This document shows, one piece after another, positions 13,549 to 27,885 of a stretch of 64,000 nt of DNA (the first letter of the stretch is position 1; each line of letters opens with the position of its first letter). Below the pieces are notes generated by a model, which ran no database searches, was not told the origin of the DNA, and saw nothing but the letters and a program-made list of their open reading frames with translations. The translations under genes were made by a program, and so were the position numbers. Source of the stretch: Chrysomallon squamiferum. Lineage: Eukaryota > Animalia > Mollusca. The DNA lies in assembly GCA_012295275.1 (NCBI GenBank), contig CM022672.1, positions 1,736,001 to 1,800,000 of the forward strand, written 5' to 3'.

Positions 13549-15456
13549 GCATTACTATTACTAATAACAATAACAGTAGTAACAATTATAATAATACCAA
13601 TAACAAAAAAGTAATAATAACTAGATGAAGAAGAAGAAGAAGAAGCATTTAAAAATGGTATCAGTTTCAGATTTTATTAGATACTTTTTACGAGCCTGAG
13701 ACTAAAACACAACCTGTAGTTTTAGATCCTCTGTCAAACACTCAGGTTAACAGTCTGAGGCAAATAAAACACTGAATAATTTATTTTTCTGTTATGAATA
13801 AGAATAAAATGATTTAAAAAAAAATAATAACCTTCATCACATTCACAATAATGAAACAGATTTGAGCATTTCATAATTCAATTGTGCAATTGTCAGTGAT
13901 AATTTTGGGTTATTTTAAAAATTAATATGTTACTAAGATATTAAGTTTAAAAATTAAGACTGAAAATTCAAACATTAAGATCAAATGAAAACATTAAAAC
14001 ATGAAATGATATTAATTAAACAAATACGAATATTTGTACATTAATTTTGCAACTGAAAGTTTTAATATAATAAATTGAAAATATTGATATTTCAATTTAA
14101 ATATTTATCAAAAACAGTAACATATATATATAGCCATTAATATTTAAAATGAAAATAAAAATTCTGATTTGAAATGTTAGATTGCAATATTAATAAATTT
14201 CAGACTTTATATATCAATTTAGAATCTTTCATAACTTCAAAAAAATCATTGTAGGATAAATAATTGTATTTGTGTTTTATGTGTGTGCATGCATGTGTTT
14301 GTACATAAGAATACTTACACGCAGCACATGTATGTTCAAAACAGTATTAAACCTTCTAAATTTATCTTTAAATTCTCTGTAACATCATACTGTGACATCC
14401 AGTCATATGCAATACATTCTTGTATCTTATGGGTCTGATTAAGTGTTCCTCATATTCTCAAACAGAGTGGAAATAACAAGGAATGTAAGAGAACAAAGAC
14501 AACATTTAAAACACACCTTCTACTTAATGTAATTAATTTTTCCATCACACAAATCTTGTTTGGCAATTTCAACATTCAATGTTAGGATAGTCAGTGCAAA
14601 CTAAATTTGGCTTTGAATTACAAAACAGGCATTTATATTTCTGACAAAGATTAAAAAAAAAATAATAATAATAATAATAAAATTTAAAAAAACAAGACAT
14701 TATTAGAATTATTAGGATGCAGATTAATATGAAATTAGTCAATTTGATATAAATGGATGGTGGCATACAGACGTGTGTGTGTGTGTGTGTGTGTGTGGAT
14801 ATTTTAAATATATAGTTTTTTTTTAAAACAGTGGTGTTTAAAAAGGTTTTGTTCATAACTGTCAACATTAATATCACATTATTCTATTAACTTAGATTAC
14901 AGTCAGTGATATAAAATTTAAATAATTAATGTGTTTTCAGCTCTAGGAAATTATGATGATACTTCTATCAAGATGCAGCTTAACATTAAATAGACTGTTT
15001 TAAAAGTAATTACAGCAGTGTGGTTAATTACACTCTGTCTACTTAATTATCAGAATATTTCAGATCTACTGAAATTGACAAAGTTTAGAATTCTTTTCTA
15101 ACATAATAATGCCTATTTCAGTTCTATTGATCCAATGATGATCACCCCTTATAATTCATAATAGTAAAATTTATAAATTAATGTTGTGTTTATACAGAAA
15201 GGATCTCTACATATCAGTTATAGATAGTGAAATGCTAAAGTGTTGTTTTAACTATTATTTCATTTTAAAACTGCAGGTTAAAGAAAGAAAGAAAATGTTG
15301 AAGACTGAACGCTTATTAAAGCTTTCACTGCTTATTATTCAGTAAACATTTAATAAATAAATAAATAAATGCATGTAGTTTAGTTCTTATCTGAAATATC
15401 ACAAATGCATTATAAATAAGTAATATCATACACTCTACATACCTCTAAACAATGCA

Positions 15457-15495
<39 letters not shown>

Positions 15496-16849
15496 AAAAA
15501 CATTAATAATTTTCAAAAACCAAAATGTATGACTGCTTTTAATTTGCCAACAATATGACGATTGGAAAAAATGAAATAAAATACAAGGATCAAAAACTGT
15601 TTTTCCTGATATAACAGTTTTTTAAAATATCTGCTATTATATACAATGAGCTCATTGACAACCCCCCACAGCTTAATACAGAACTTTGTCTTCTTGTTCT
15701 TTTCTTCAAACATTCCCACATTGGAGTTTAACAGCAAACCTCTACCAGTTCTATAATTCAACCAAAAATGATTAACAATCCTAAATGTCTCAACAACAAT
15801 TTCTTTTAAAACTTTCAGTACAAATCAAAATACAATATGGTGTGATGTTATTTCATCCAGACCACCTTCCTGTCTAAAGCCACCTTCTTAACATCATCTG
15901 TCAACAAATCTAAACTCAAATGATTTATAAATGACTATTCAGTTCCATAATTTAAATTCTTAAAATTTTCAAACTGGAATACATTTTCATTTAACACATA
16001 TTAACATTTAATAATTTTAACATTCTAAACTAAATCTGATCAGAATGAAACCATTTTCATTTCTAAATGAAATCTAAACTTCAAGTCCAGAGGATAATTC
16101 TGCCATTTTGAATTTGTAATTTCCACAAAAAAGACAAATCTATCATGGCACACCTAGGTCCAGCAGTCTAATTTGTTGTGATCATTCAAGAAAAGAGAAA
16201 ATGGCTGAACTGGTCTCTCTCTACCCAATCCAATTTATTTTAATCCCATCATCCATCCATCAGCCAGTGTAATTGTTTGTAATCCATGAGTCAAATGGCC
16301 TAATCTGTGACCAGACTGTTCAGTTTGCTTAATCCTTTAAGACTGAAGAAAACCAGTCAAACCAGAATGTGGACTTTTCATCAATTCAGTTTATTATAAT
16401 AATTAAATATTTTAGATCTGTTCTAAACAAGCTGATGTCATTCTCAGTAAAATCATTTTCTGATTCAGATTCTGTTCCACTGACTTCATCATAAAAACCA
16501 GGATAAGTGATTTTGCACAAGATTCTCTCAATATTAAACTAAGACATTTGAAATTCTGAAATACTGTATTCACCATGATATGAATTTTAAAACATGGAAT
16601 GAGAAGAAGGGTGATGAAAAAAAAAATTAATGAAAAAAATTAGAAGGAAAAGTAATATTAGCAGAACCACCACCTGCTGTAATAAATAACCTTCACCTCA
16701 GAGAACCCAAAACTGTCTTTAGTATTACACCCTTGAAAGAAATTTCTCTATTATTTTTTTTTTTTGGTTTTTGTATTTAATTATTTATATGTATGTTAAC
16801 TGCTGACAAATACATATGTAATAGAAGTACTAAAATATGTATGTCATTT

Positions 16850-17110
16850 TATTTAAAGAAATATGTGTTACTACATTTAAGACATTTGTCATTGTATGTA
16901 AAGATGTGTGTGTCACAGTACATAAAGACATATGTATGTCATATATTAAGACATGTGTCACTGTACATAAAGTCTTATGCATATTATTGTACATAAGATC
17001 ATATATGTATTATTGTACATAAAGATGTACATAAAGACATACATACATCATTGAACATTAAGACATGTATGTTGCAGCACTTAATGACATATGTATGTCA
17101 CTGTCTATAC
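16850..17110. repeat. Degenerate ~22-24-bp minisatellite (gtacataaagacatatgtatgtca)
   Basis: About 10 visible imperfect copies within the presumed KChIP 3' UTR. Confidence 0.8.
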
Positions 17111-17475
17111 ATGGTTTAGACCAGCCAGTAACTTCTACTGCCAGAAAACTGACAGACACAAAACTGTATCATTAATAATAATAATAATTAAAAATCCAGA
17201 ATCACTACATTTGGAAGTGTGTTAAGAAAAAAAAAAATAATAATAATAATAATAAAAATTAAAATCTCATTTTCCTTTTAATACAAAAGTGCAGTGGTTT
17301 GTTTGGTTTGGGGTGTGGTCACCAGTCTGTAAAATGCACACACTCGTGTTTTTGTTTTCCTGGGGTTTTTTCACTCAGATGCGAGTCACACGTCAATGTA
17401 CAAGAAGCTCTCTATGTCCACCCGCAGACTCTCCATGCTAACGTTTGCTGATATGACAGTGCCAGCAGCCGAATG

Positions 17476-17523
17476 TCAAAGTACTGTGTCAAAAATGGCC
17501 ATTCCTTTGGTGATGTTTTCATC
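17476..17523 (-). CDS. KCNIP: KChIP terminal coding exon (48 bp incl. TGA): DENITKGMAIFDTVL*
   Basis: Acceptor tttttctag|GAT; resembles the KChIP C-terminus (DENIMxSMQLFENVI type); TGA at 17478-17476. Confidence 0.93.
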   Translation of the reverse strand, partial: DENITKGMAIFDTVL

Positions 17524-17974
17524 CTAGAAAAAAAAAATATATAAAAATAAAAAATAATAAAAAATAGAAATACATACCATGTAGTTCATTACTGAAGATG
17601 CTTAAGATCATTTCTTTTCAGATATTCCAACATTTGATTTGAAAACAAAAAACTCGAAACCATTCACACGAGGGTCACCTACATTTAACTAGATGAAAAG
17701 TGAAAGAAGATAAGCTGACTGACAACCAGGGAAGATCTAAAATCTAAAAACCAACAATTTATTCTTCACCAGTCATTTTTCATTAGCCTAAATTTGTAAT
17801 ATCACTCTATTGAAATCTGAGTCCAGTTATCCATTTTCTTCTTTTTAAACGTATTATGTGAAATACTTATGTTACCGGAAAATAATGTTTAAAAATTAAT
17901 TTCATTAAATATTTATTTTCAAAATTAGTATATGTGGAAGTAAGTGTTAACATTCATTCATTCTAAAAACTTAC

Positions 17975-18037
17975 CCTTCTGCAAGTATCCATAAATTCCT
18001 CTAATGATATAACACCATCTCTGTTCATATCCATTTT
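17975..18037 (-). CDS. KCNIP: KChIP core exon E (63 bp): KMDMNRDGVISLEEFMDTCRR (EF4)
   Basis: Acceptor tttttcag|AAA, donor AGG|gtaagt; canonical EF-hand loop. Confidence 0.95.
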
Positions 18038-18287
18038 CTGAAAAATAAAATTTTAAAAAATCTCTAAGGCCATGCTGATGTTTAACCATGAAGTAACGAC
18101 CCAAAAGACAATGTAAATTATTTAACCTAAAATATGTCAACCGAAATGTGTGTTAAAAAAAAAAATTGGTCAAGAAATAATAATCAAAAGACAGAATGTA
18201 ATCCATAACATGTATCACTTTGAAAAGTGTCTGACAAAAACAATCAAACCATGACATAATAACAATTTCATTACCATTAAACAGTGT

Positions 18288-18319
<32 letters not shown>

Positions 18320-19071
18320 CCAGAAGACAATGTCAATATAATCACACACTGAAATATTGATGCCAGGACTGTCTGATAAATATAATTTCTTCCTTTGACA
18401 AAATGTTTGCTGAATGTGTCAAAGTGAAGATTTTACAAAGTCTTATTCAACTCGGTACCAATAAAAAAAATTATTGAGTTTGCTAACACTGACAAAGTTT
18501 GCCTCAGAATGTTTTTACTTGCAAACACTGAAACAGAAATAATGAAGCAGTGTCTGTATTTACTGATCAAATACGAAGTTCACTACAAAACCTAATTATG
18601 ATAGTTACAGTTTATATTAATTATTTATAAAAATAAAATAAAGATGTAAGTCTGAGTTTACTAACAGTAGGTAAATATAAAATTCATCACATAAGTATAT
18701 TTTTTACAATTTACCAACAAAATGATGAGGCAACATATGTGCTTACCAGCAATAAGACAAATTTAAAATTTACTGTAAAACATAATTATGTTATTTACAA
18801 TTTACCAACACAACAATACTGTGTATGTATTTACCAGCATTTCTAAATTAATGTAATACTAAGTCCATTTCAAAATGTCTTTACACTGTAACAAAAAGAT
18901 GAGGTAATCTCTGCATGTGTATAAAAAGATCTTTACATTGTAAATAAAACAGTGTAACAGACTGAAGAGGAAATGTCAAGAATTTGATTAACTTGTCTAC
19001 AAATTCCATCTCTTCAATGGGATGTTGATGTCTGATCATATCACAAAGACTGGAGCCAACAATCCATTCAG

Positions 19072-19425
<354 letters not shown>

Positions 19426-19559
19426 AAAACATGTTTATATCTATATATACACAACTTACTTTAAAAATACTTTATTATAAGAACACAACAGAAAAACAAA
19501 TCAACACATCACACAACAAACACCCCGACCATAACAAACTAACATCATATTACAATCAC

Positions 19560-19772
19560 CTTGAATATTCTCTCCACGTGCTCTTTGGCTGAACTGTCGT
19601 CTATCATTGGTTCTGTGTACCTGCCCATCATGTCGTAGATGGCTGACACTATGTCCAGCATTTCGTCCTTTGTGATAATCCCATCTCCATTGATGTCGTA
19701 CAGATTGAACGCCCACTGCAGCCTGTCTTGTAGTGTGCCTCTCGACAACACCGACAACCCCATCACAAATTC
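19560..19772 (-). CDS. KCNIP: KChIP core exon D (213 bp): [12 protein letters not shown]...[12 protein letters not shown]...KEHVERIFK (EF3)
   Basis: Acceptor ttcttgcag|GAA, donor AAG|gtgatt; lies within ORF 19545..20000(-); phase 0 at both ends. Confidence 0.96.
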
Positions 19773-19849
19773 CTGCAAGAAAACAAATGAGTGAAATTCA
19801 GGTATGTTGAAAATATTTGAGTTTATAAATTTTAAGAAAAGAAAACACA

Positions 19850-19887
<38 letters not shown>

Positions 19888-21382
19888 CACACAAGTAAAT
19901 AAAATGAACAATATCTCCACAGAAAAGAAAAAAAAAAAGTATAATATAACAACAACAACAGTAACCATAAAGAAACAATGCATGTTATTAATGTAAACAA
20001 ATTTAATTAATGTTTTCAAAATAATAAAAAAAAAAAAAAAAAAGACCAAATAATAATAAAAAGAAAATAAGACAAAAGAAAATTAATTCCTGTTTTTTTT
20101 GTTTTTATTTAAACAAAATTTAAAAGAAAAAAAATTAAATATAAAATATGAAAGAAAAATGTCAAACAAAAAAAAAAATGGAAATCAATATTTAATTATT
20201 AGTAAACATTAAACATCAATAATAAATTTCTTTTTCACAAATTGTATTTTTAAAAATTAATTTCTTATGAAGGTTTGTGGAAACAACTCTTGCTCTAATG
20301 TATCTTTTTATTTTTTAATTTTTTAATTTTTTTGTGACAGAAAAGATATAAAACCAAAACAAGAAAATAAATGACATTTCTTTTATGGAAAATTACCATG
20401 TATTTTAGAATGGTTTTTACAAGTCATTGAGAAAAATAAAATCAATGACTAATTCCCATTTTGCAAAAAAGAAAAATGTCTTGAAAACTAACAACTATTT
20501 TATTCAGAAAGAAATAAAATGACTATACAATAGCTCATTCTGAAAAAATTACAATTGTAATCAATATATTATATCTTTTTAGAGATTTAACAAAATAAAA
20601 TTCTCAGAAAAATTAATTCAGATGTTCTTTATATATTTGTTTTATTTCACTGACAAAGACATATAAAAAAATACAATATAATAATAAAAATAAATAGAGA
20701 GAGAATGAAATAAATAAAAGATAAAGCAAGATATATATATATATATACAGACATAGACATTTACTCTGTGATGTTGTAAGTACTGAAAATCACAATCATG
20801 ACCATTCTAGAAGTCACAGGAAAAGTCACAACAGCAGTCACAAATGTTATTCAAGAGCTTAACCCAGAAATACACAAGGATAAACAAAAAGTATAATAAG
20901 AGTTTTGCAGTTAACCACATAATCAGCAGAATTAACTGACAACAGAGTAAATGAAACTTTACCATTTCACTTACTGTTTTGTATGAGTTAATGTAAAAAG
21001 CAGATTAGCCACGCAGTATTGGAAAAAGAGACTTAATGAGGTACCAAGGGACACAGTCTGTTGTTTGTTAGAAGTTCATAGATACCCAAAATTAAATAAT
21101 GTTCTGAAGCGTACTCTGCTTTATCATGGTAAGCCTCGAAAGAAAACTAGTGTCACTTTAAAAAAAATAGTTATATGCATGGTGAAGAAGGGAGAGAAAG
21201 ACAGGAGAATCAGATGGAAGACAGAAGGTCTCAAACAACATATATACACAAACACATTCAAAGTTAGTAAAAAATCATGTTTCAAAACAAAACACACACA
21301 CACACACACAAACTCTGTCTCTTCTCTCACATTCAAATATTCTCTCTCTCTCATGTTTAATTTTTCCCTATTACTAAAAGAG

Positions 21383-21685
<303 letters not shown>

Positions 21686-22315
21686 CTAATTTTCCCCTAT
21701 TACTGAAAATAAGAAACCTATCAAGCTAAATACAAACAGACACAAATGACCAGATAAAAATATTCTGCAGGGACTAACAGAGAAAAATGACTAAGTTAAT
21801 CACTTTTGAAGTTTTTATTCTCCACTGAACCTGAGATCTGGTATTTGAGAATGTTAACCAGATACATTTTAGCTCAAAGGAATTTTGGAATGAGGAAGTA
21901 ACAAAATAAAAATAATAAAAAAGTATTAATAATAATAATAATAATAAAAAGCTATTAATAATAATAATAATAATAATAATACAAAATTATTAATAATAAA
22001 AATAATAATAATTAGTAATAATAAATAACAATGATAATAATAATAATAATAATAAAAAATATTTAAAAAATAATTATTAATATAACAATGATAGATTATT
22101 TATTTTATTTAAAATTGTGTTTATTTTTGCAAATTTCTTTTAAATGTAAATATATTCTGATTTGATAAATGGGGTTATAGAGAAAGAGAGGGTATGAAAG
22201 AGAGAGAGAGATAAATATAAATCATTTTAAAAAGTGAGGATTTGAGATTTGTTGATATATTTTTATTTTGTATAAATTTTATAAATTTATTTAACACAAG
22301 TGATCTTATACTAAC

Positions 22316-22386
22316 CTCAAAACTGACACTGCCATTGTTGTCATGATCAAACGTTTTGAACACATAATGAGCATAGTCACTGGCAT
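22316..22386 (-). CDS. KCNIP: KChIP core exon C (71 bp): DASDYAHYVFKTFDHDNNGSVSFE (EF2)
   Basis: Acceptor ttccag|AT, donor GAG|gttagt; lies within ORF 22175..22420(-). Confidence 0.95.
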
Positions 22387-22923
22387 CTGGAATTAGACAT
22401 GAAATTTTAAAAACACACACAAAGTATCATGGACACATCAACTGAAATTGCTGCATGACATACCTGAGTCATATGTGCTTAAACTGCATGACATACCTTA
22501 AACTGCATGACAGATATCATTTAAATGAGCATCCTGAGTCATATATTAACTGCATGACCAACACAATATGTTTAAATAGCATCTTATAAACTAATATGTT
22601 AAAAATCATTTTATGAGAACTTTCAAACAACATCTTATAAATATATTAGTTAGTATATCTATTATACTGTCATTTCTTAAGATGGTTCGTTGCAGTTATA
22701 TTGTACTATAGGATTCAGTATGGCTATAGTTCATAGTCATTACTGTAATAAAATAACAGCAATTCTGCCTCTTTGGGATGGATTTTGAGAATGAAAAATG
22801 TGAACAATATGTTATTTATATAAGCAAGTTTATGCAGATAAAAATGTACAGAAAAGAGTATTCTTGAATACATTGCTAACATTAAAAATTAAAATTAAAT
22901 TGATTGTATGAACGTTTTCTTAC

Positions 22924-22993
22924 CTCCATGAGGGAAGAATTGGCTATATATCTCCTTAAATGTCTCCTCATTAACTATCCCTGTTGGGCATTC
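22924..22993 (-). CDS. KCNIP: KChIP core exon B (70 bp): [23 protein letters not shown] (EF1)
   Basis: Acceptor tttttcag|GAA, donor GAG|gtaaga, NCS CPxG motif. Not in the ORF track; read by hand on the minus strand. Confidence 0.96.
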
Positions 22994-23213
22994 CTGAAAA
23001 ATAAAGATATTTATTTAAATATAGTATGTTTAATTATATTACCAGACAAATATTGTACGTTTAATTATATTACCAGACAAGTATAGCAAAACTGAATACA
23101 ATTTAATATTGTTAAAGTTATATAAATACTGAAGTTATTATCTGACAAGTGAAATTGTCTATATTAATTCTCTACTCTGTGTCTTCCTAAAATATCATAC
23201 ATGAATATATTTG

Positions 23214-23260
<47 letters not shown>

Positions 23261-23424
23261 CTGTGTTTCATAAAATAGTAATTAGAGAATTATATGGAGG
23301 GTTCAACTTCCCCATCTTCTATTTTTTTTACATCATTACATACACAGAAACCCTGAATAATAAAAATGTCTCACTAAAGAGATAAGACATAACATACAAA
23401 GTACACCATAAGATGGTGAGTCAA

Positions 23425-23545
23425 TATTCAGTGCTAGAGCAATGGCATGAAACATGATCGTTCACAGGATCAATTCTCCTTAATGAACTAATTCCTATTC
23501 CAACCGCAGCTCATAACATGTCAGTCAAAGGAAATAGCAGCATCT
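23425..23545 (+). mobile_element. Degenerate SINE head fragment (tRNA-derived A/B-box remnants)
   Basis: 'ttcagtgctagagc...ggatcaattctcc...ttcctattccaacc...tcaaagg' is complementary to the ends of the minus-strand copies. Confidence 0.4.
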
Positions 23546-24074
23546 TTTCCTTTTTATTTTAGCACATAAAACAGAGATTCCTGACAACTGACTGATAAAT
23601 ATATTTCATTGTCACTGGTGAAGGTTCTCACATTACTGTTCATAAAGAAATAATGTATGAGTGATATGCACAATAACCAGCAATATTAAAATGAAATGAG
23701 ATGTAATTAAACATCCATTAATTTTTTTCATGTGCTGTATATTTTCTTTGATGTTTGATGAATAAAGAAAGACAAAGGCAATGGATCAATTCAATGCGGA
23801 CTGAAAAATAAAAATAATATGTAAATGTGATCACAGAATGGCATGTGAATGATTTTAGCCAGTGTCAGTTTGGTCATGTGTAAAGAGATCATGTGACAAA
23901 GAGTAAACAGAGATAAAAAAAAAACTGAAGATTTCAAATAGTAACCACATATATCTAAATAAAGACAAAAATACAAATAAAATATTTGTACATAAATGAA
24001 AGAAAAAATATGTTTTGTTTCACAGAATACAAAGAGTTTTACTCGATTTAAATAAATAAATAAATTAAATTAAC

Positions 24075-24105
<31 letters not shown>

Positions 24106-26944
24106 AGTATTTATGTATTTGGATTAAATTGTACAATTTTAAAAAGTCATCATCTGAAAAAGTTTATGTTAAACAAAATACTTTTAGACAGGGGGAAAAG
24201 TGAAGAAATTTAAGATAAACAGACTTAAATACAGTGGAAGAAAGATCACAAGACTCAATCATGGAGAATGTTGATTAATGGTATTACAGTAACCAGAATC
24301 CTGCTTTTGTCTCCAGATGTATCCAGTAACCAGTGATCAACATGACAGACAGTGAGTACGAAACATTGAAAACACGAGTTTACATAATGCTTAGTTATAA
24401 TAATATTTTAGCTTTGTGAGTATTAGAAGTATGTGTTTGTATGTATGTATGTATGTATGTTTGTGTGTATGTACGTGTGTGTGTTTGTGTATGTTTGTAT
24501 GTATGTATATATATAGGACTACACTGTAATTGTGTTTTATTTATCAGAAAGAAAACAGATATAATAACAGAATCCATTTAACAGAACAATTTCTTTTCAA
24601 AGACTAATTCAGAAACTGCTTAAAATTCTTCCACAGGGCTAACACTGCCAACCTCTGTCTTTACAAAACGAGTTGGAAATTGAATTTAGCATTGAGAAGT
24701 AATGCAGGTAGCTCTCAGCTGACTTAATTAGCAACAACTCATGAATATCTGAATGGAAGAATCTTCAGAATGTTGGTGCCAAGCTAGTACTTTGAGAAGC
24801 CATTACAAACTGACAGTGTGTATGGTCCATTTGATACAAATAAATTATTTAGGCCACACACTCAGAGAAAGACTCTTTGGAGAGAAGGATTGGTATGAAA
24901 CTGTTGTTTGGTTTTAACTCCTGCAGTTATATTAAAGGATGACATTTAGCAGATTGGTCCTTGGAGGATTCATGATACTTTTTTTTTTTAACAAGGAAAT
25001 GAACAGTTTAATTCTTTGGGGAAATAGGATGAAAATGGTATCACTGTAGATATTATTATTTTTTTTTTATTGTTATTATTATTAATTTTTTTTTTTTTTT
25101 TCAAAATAAATAGGTTAGAGAGGAAAGCAAAAACTAAAATAAAAAAAAGGATTCTTTTAGAAATAAGTTATCATCAAAATAAGTAGCTTCAGTTTTAAAT
25201 ATCACTTTCAAGAATTATTTTATTTGCTTGTCTTGAAGAATAATGCAAAAGTTAAAAGTAATTCATACTTCTTTACTTCAGAATGTTATCGAAAAAAAAA
25301 AATTGAATTATTTCAAGACTACGTAAGACTGCAATATTTAATTGGTTTCAAAAATTAATTTTTTTCATCCACCTGGAGAAAAATGCACCAGTTAAAATTG
25401 AAATTTATAATTCTTTAATTTCAAAATTTTAAATTTTAAAACTTTAAAAGGAAAATCTTTCTGAAATCTTAAAAAACAAAATTGTCAAAAATAAATTTAT
25501 TTGCTTTTACTAGAAGGGATTAAAATGATAACAAAGAATGCATCTTCTAAGAAGCAACTAAAATAATAATAATAATAATTTAAGAAAAATATACAAAGTA
25601 AAATAAATAAAATAAGAAAGAAGAAATACTGACCAAATATTTGCTCATTAGACATAAATGTATTTAATTGTTCTTGGAGAAGATACAAACTTTTAAATAA
25701 AATTTATTCTTCTGCATTTGGAAATGAAAAAAAAAAAAAGGAAAGAAAGAAAATTTGATAGATGTGTTCATAAATATATGAGTGTTTTTTTAAAGATTTT
25801 TATAACATTTTAGAAGCCTCTACTGGAAACTAATAAAGAAAATTTGATTTCCCTTGTGATTTATTAAAAAAAGACACAAAATTTATTCCTCTTTTGTGAT
25901 TTGAAGACATATCTTTCTCAAGAATGTGGAAAAAAAAAGTCTATAAAATTTGATAGATTCCATAAAGATAATTTTGTTTTTGTTGAAATGAGATTTTAAT
26001 GCCTGTATCTGTAATTACTATTAAAATTATTATCATTATTACTATTTTATCATATTATAATTGACAAAGTATTGTGTTAATACTGATAGAATTATTACAA
26101 GATGGAAAGACAGAGAAAATAAAACAAAAAAACTACTCTATTATAACTATTCCTATGTGATTTTCTTGCATCAAAAGAAAAATGTTTAAAAAGTCGAAAA
26201 GCAAATTGCTTTAAAATGAAGCAATTTAAACGAAAAACGAAAAACAAAAAACAAAAAAAGGTATCAATTTAAATCAGCAATGTCAATGAAAAATAAAGAT
26301 TTTTATCTTTGTGACAAACTACATGACAGAATTTAAATTAGAAAACATCAATTTAAATGTTTTTGTACAACCAATTTCTATAAAACAAATTGTTTGCTCT
26401 CATCAAGCATACCGAAGATAGCATTTCAGAAATCACCAAGAAATTTCAGTTAATGGTAACACTTATTTTTACATAAAAGTAAAACGACGCATAAAATAAG
26501 TATGCGACTGTACATCTATCCCTGATTCTGTTCATTCTGTCCTCACCTCTGTCAGTCTGTACATTTATTTCTCTATATATTTGTTTGCCTATCCATATGT
26601 GTATACTTAACCTAAACAAACCTAGATATTAATGTGATGCGTTCCAAAGGAAAAATATTTATGCAAATAATAAAACACAAACCTAGGTTTCTAAATGTTT
26701 AAAATACACACACACTGATGTGATTTACTTATATGCTGTGGATAATAAACAACATGCAGATCTTTTTTACAAAGAGAAATAGTCTGTGAAAATAATTTTA
26801 TGTTGTTTATGATAACTGTAAAAGATGTTGTTTTTTGTTTTTTTTTCTGCTGGAATTGGTTGGGTTGTTTTTGTTTTTTATTTGTCTTAATAGCATTAAC
26901 ATATGATTGAAATTATTTAACTATATATATATAAATATAAACAT

Positions 26945-27140
26945 ATAGATACATATACATATAGATAGATAGACAGACATACAGGTAGATAGACAAATAG
27001 ACAGACAGACAGACAGACACATAAACAGACAGATAGAGAGAGACAGATAAACAGATAGATATACAGATAGATAGACAGATACACAGATAGATAGATAGAT
27101 ATAGTCAGATATAGATAGATAATAGATATAGACAGATATC
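26945..27140. repeat. (AGAT/AGAC)n tetranucleotide satellite
   Basis: Direct reading. Confidence 0.92.
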
Positions 27141-27851
27141 AGGCACAAAGTAAATCTATTTCACACAGTTACAGATATGTCGACACACTACATGAAGAAC
27201 TGGTATGAACTCTTCGTCAAGGAATGACAAGACAACATAACAACATCAAAGACAACCTGTGAAAGAATCTTGTTATTTCTGGAAACACTGAGAGCTGGCT
27301 GGGATGTCTTTCTGCTACATAAGACATCTTCGCTAACCACTCCTGACAGTGTTATGGAAGCAGTCTCCGCCTGAGTCAGAAATAACAGAGAACTCTTACC
27401 CAGGGGATCATCAGAGGGAAAAACAAAATGTAAAGAGGATTTGTGCTTCTTCTTTGATGTTCTGAGTGTTTATGTTTGAATAAAAACCCAAAATGAGACA
27501 AGACATGTCACTGATTTAGTTATAAAAATAATAATAATAATAATAATAATGATGATTGAAGCATAATGGTAGAAACTGATAAAAGTGACTGAATAAAGAA
27601 AACATATTTCTGTCAAAGTTTCTGGTTAAGATGTAAACTGATTGCTTCTAATGAAAAACAGATTTGAGGCGTACTTTGAAAAGTGTCTGACTGCTATTCC
27701 GTGTGTATGGAAGACAAACACAAATAGTAAACTAATTTAAGTATCACAGATTACTTACACACACACACACACACACATCATGCAAACATATATAGACATA
27801 TATGCATACATACATAAATACTTACAAACACATACATACATATATACTAAC

Positions 27852-27885
<34 letters not shown>

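Noticed and set aside
19035-19070. Alternative terminal exon LNGLLAPVFVI* after the CA tract
   Set aside because: The AG has no polypyrimidine tract and the peptide has no similarity to EF4.
22450-22560. Four TGCATG motifs near exon C as Rbfox sites, or cag...gtatgt microexons
   Set aside because: TGCATG is on the non-transcribed orientation (the transcript reads CAUGCA), and the possible microexons would introduce an in-frame TAA. It is a small local repeat.
27395-27455. Mutually exclusive copy of exon B (FFP-like peptide plus gtaaga donor)
   Set aside because: No CPxG motif, no matching acceptor or 70-nt length, and the FFP frame does not fit the donor phase.
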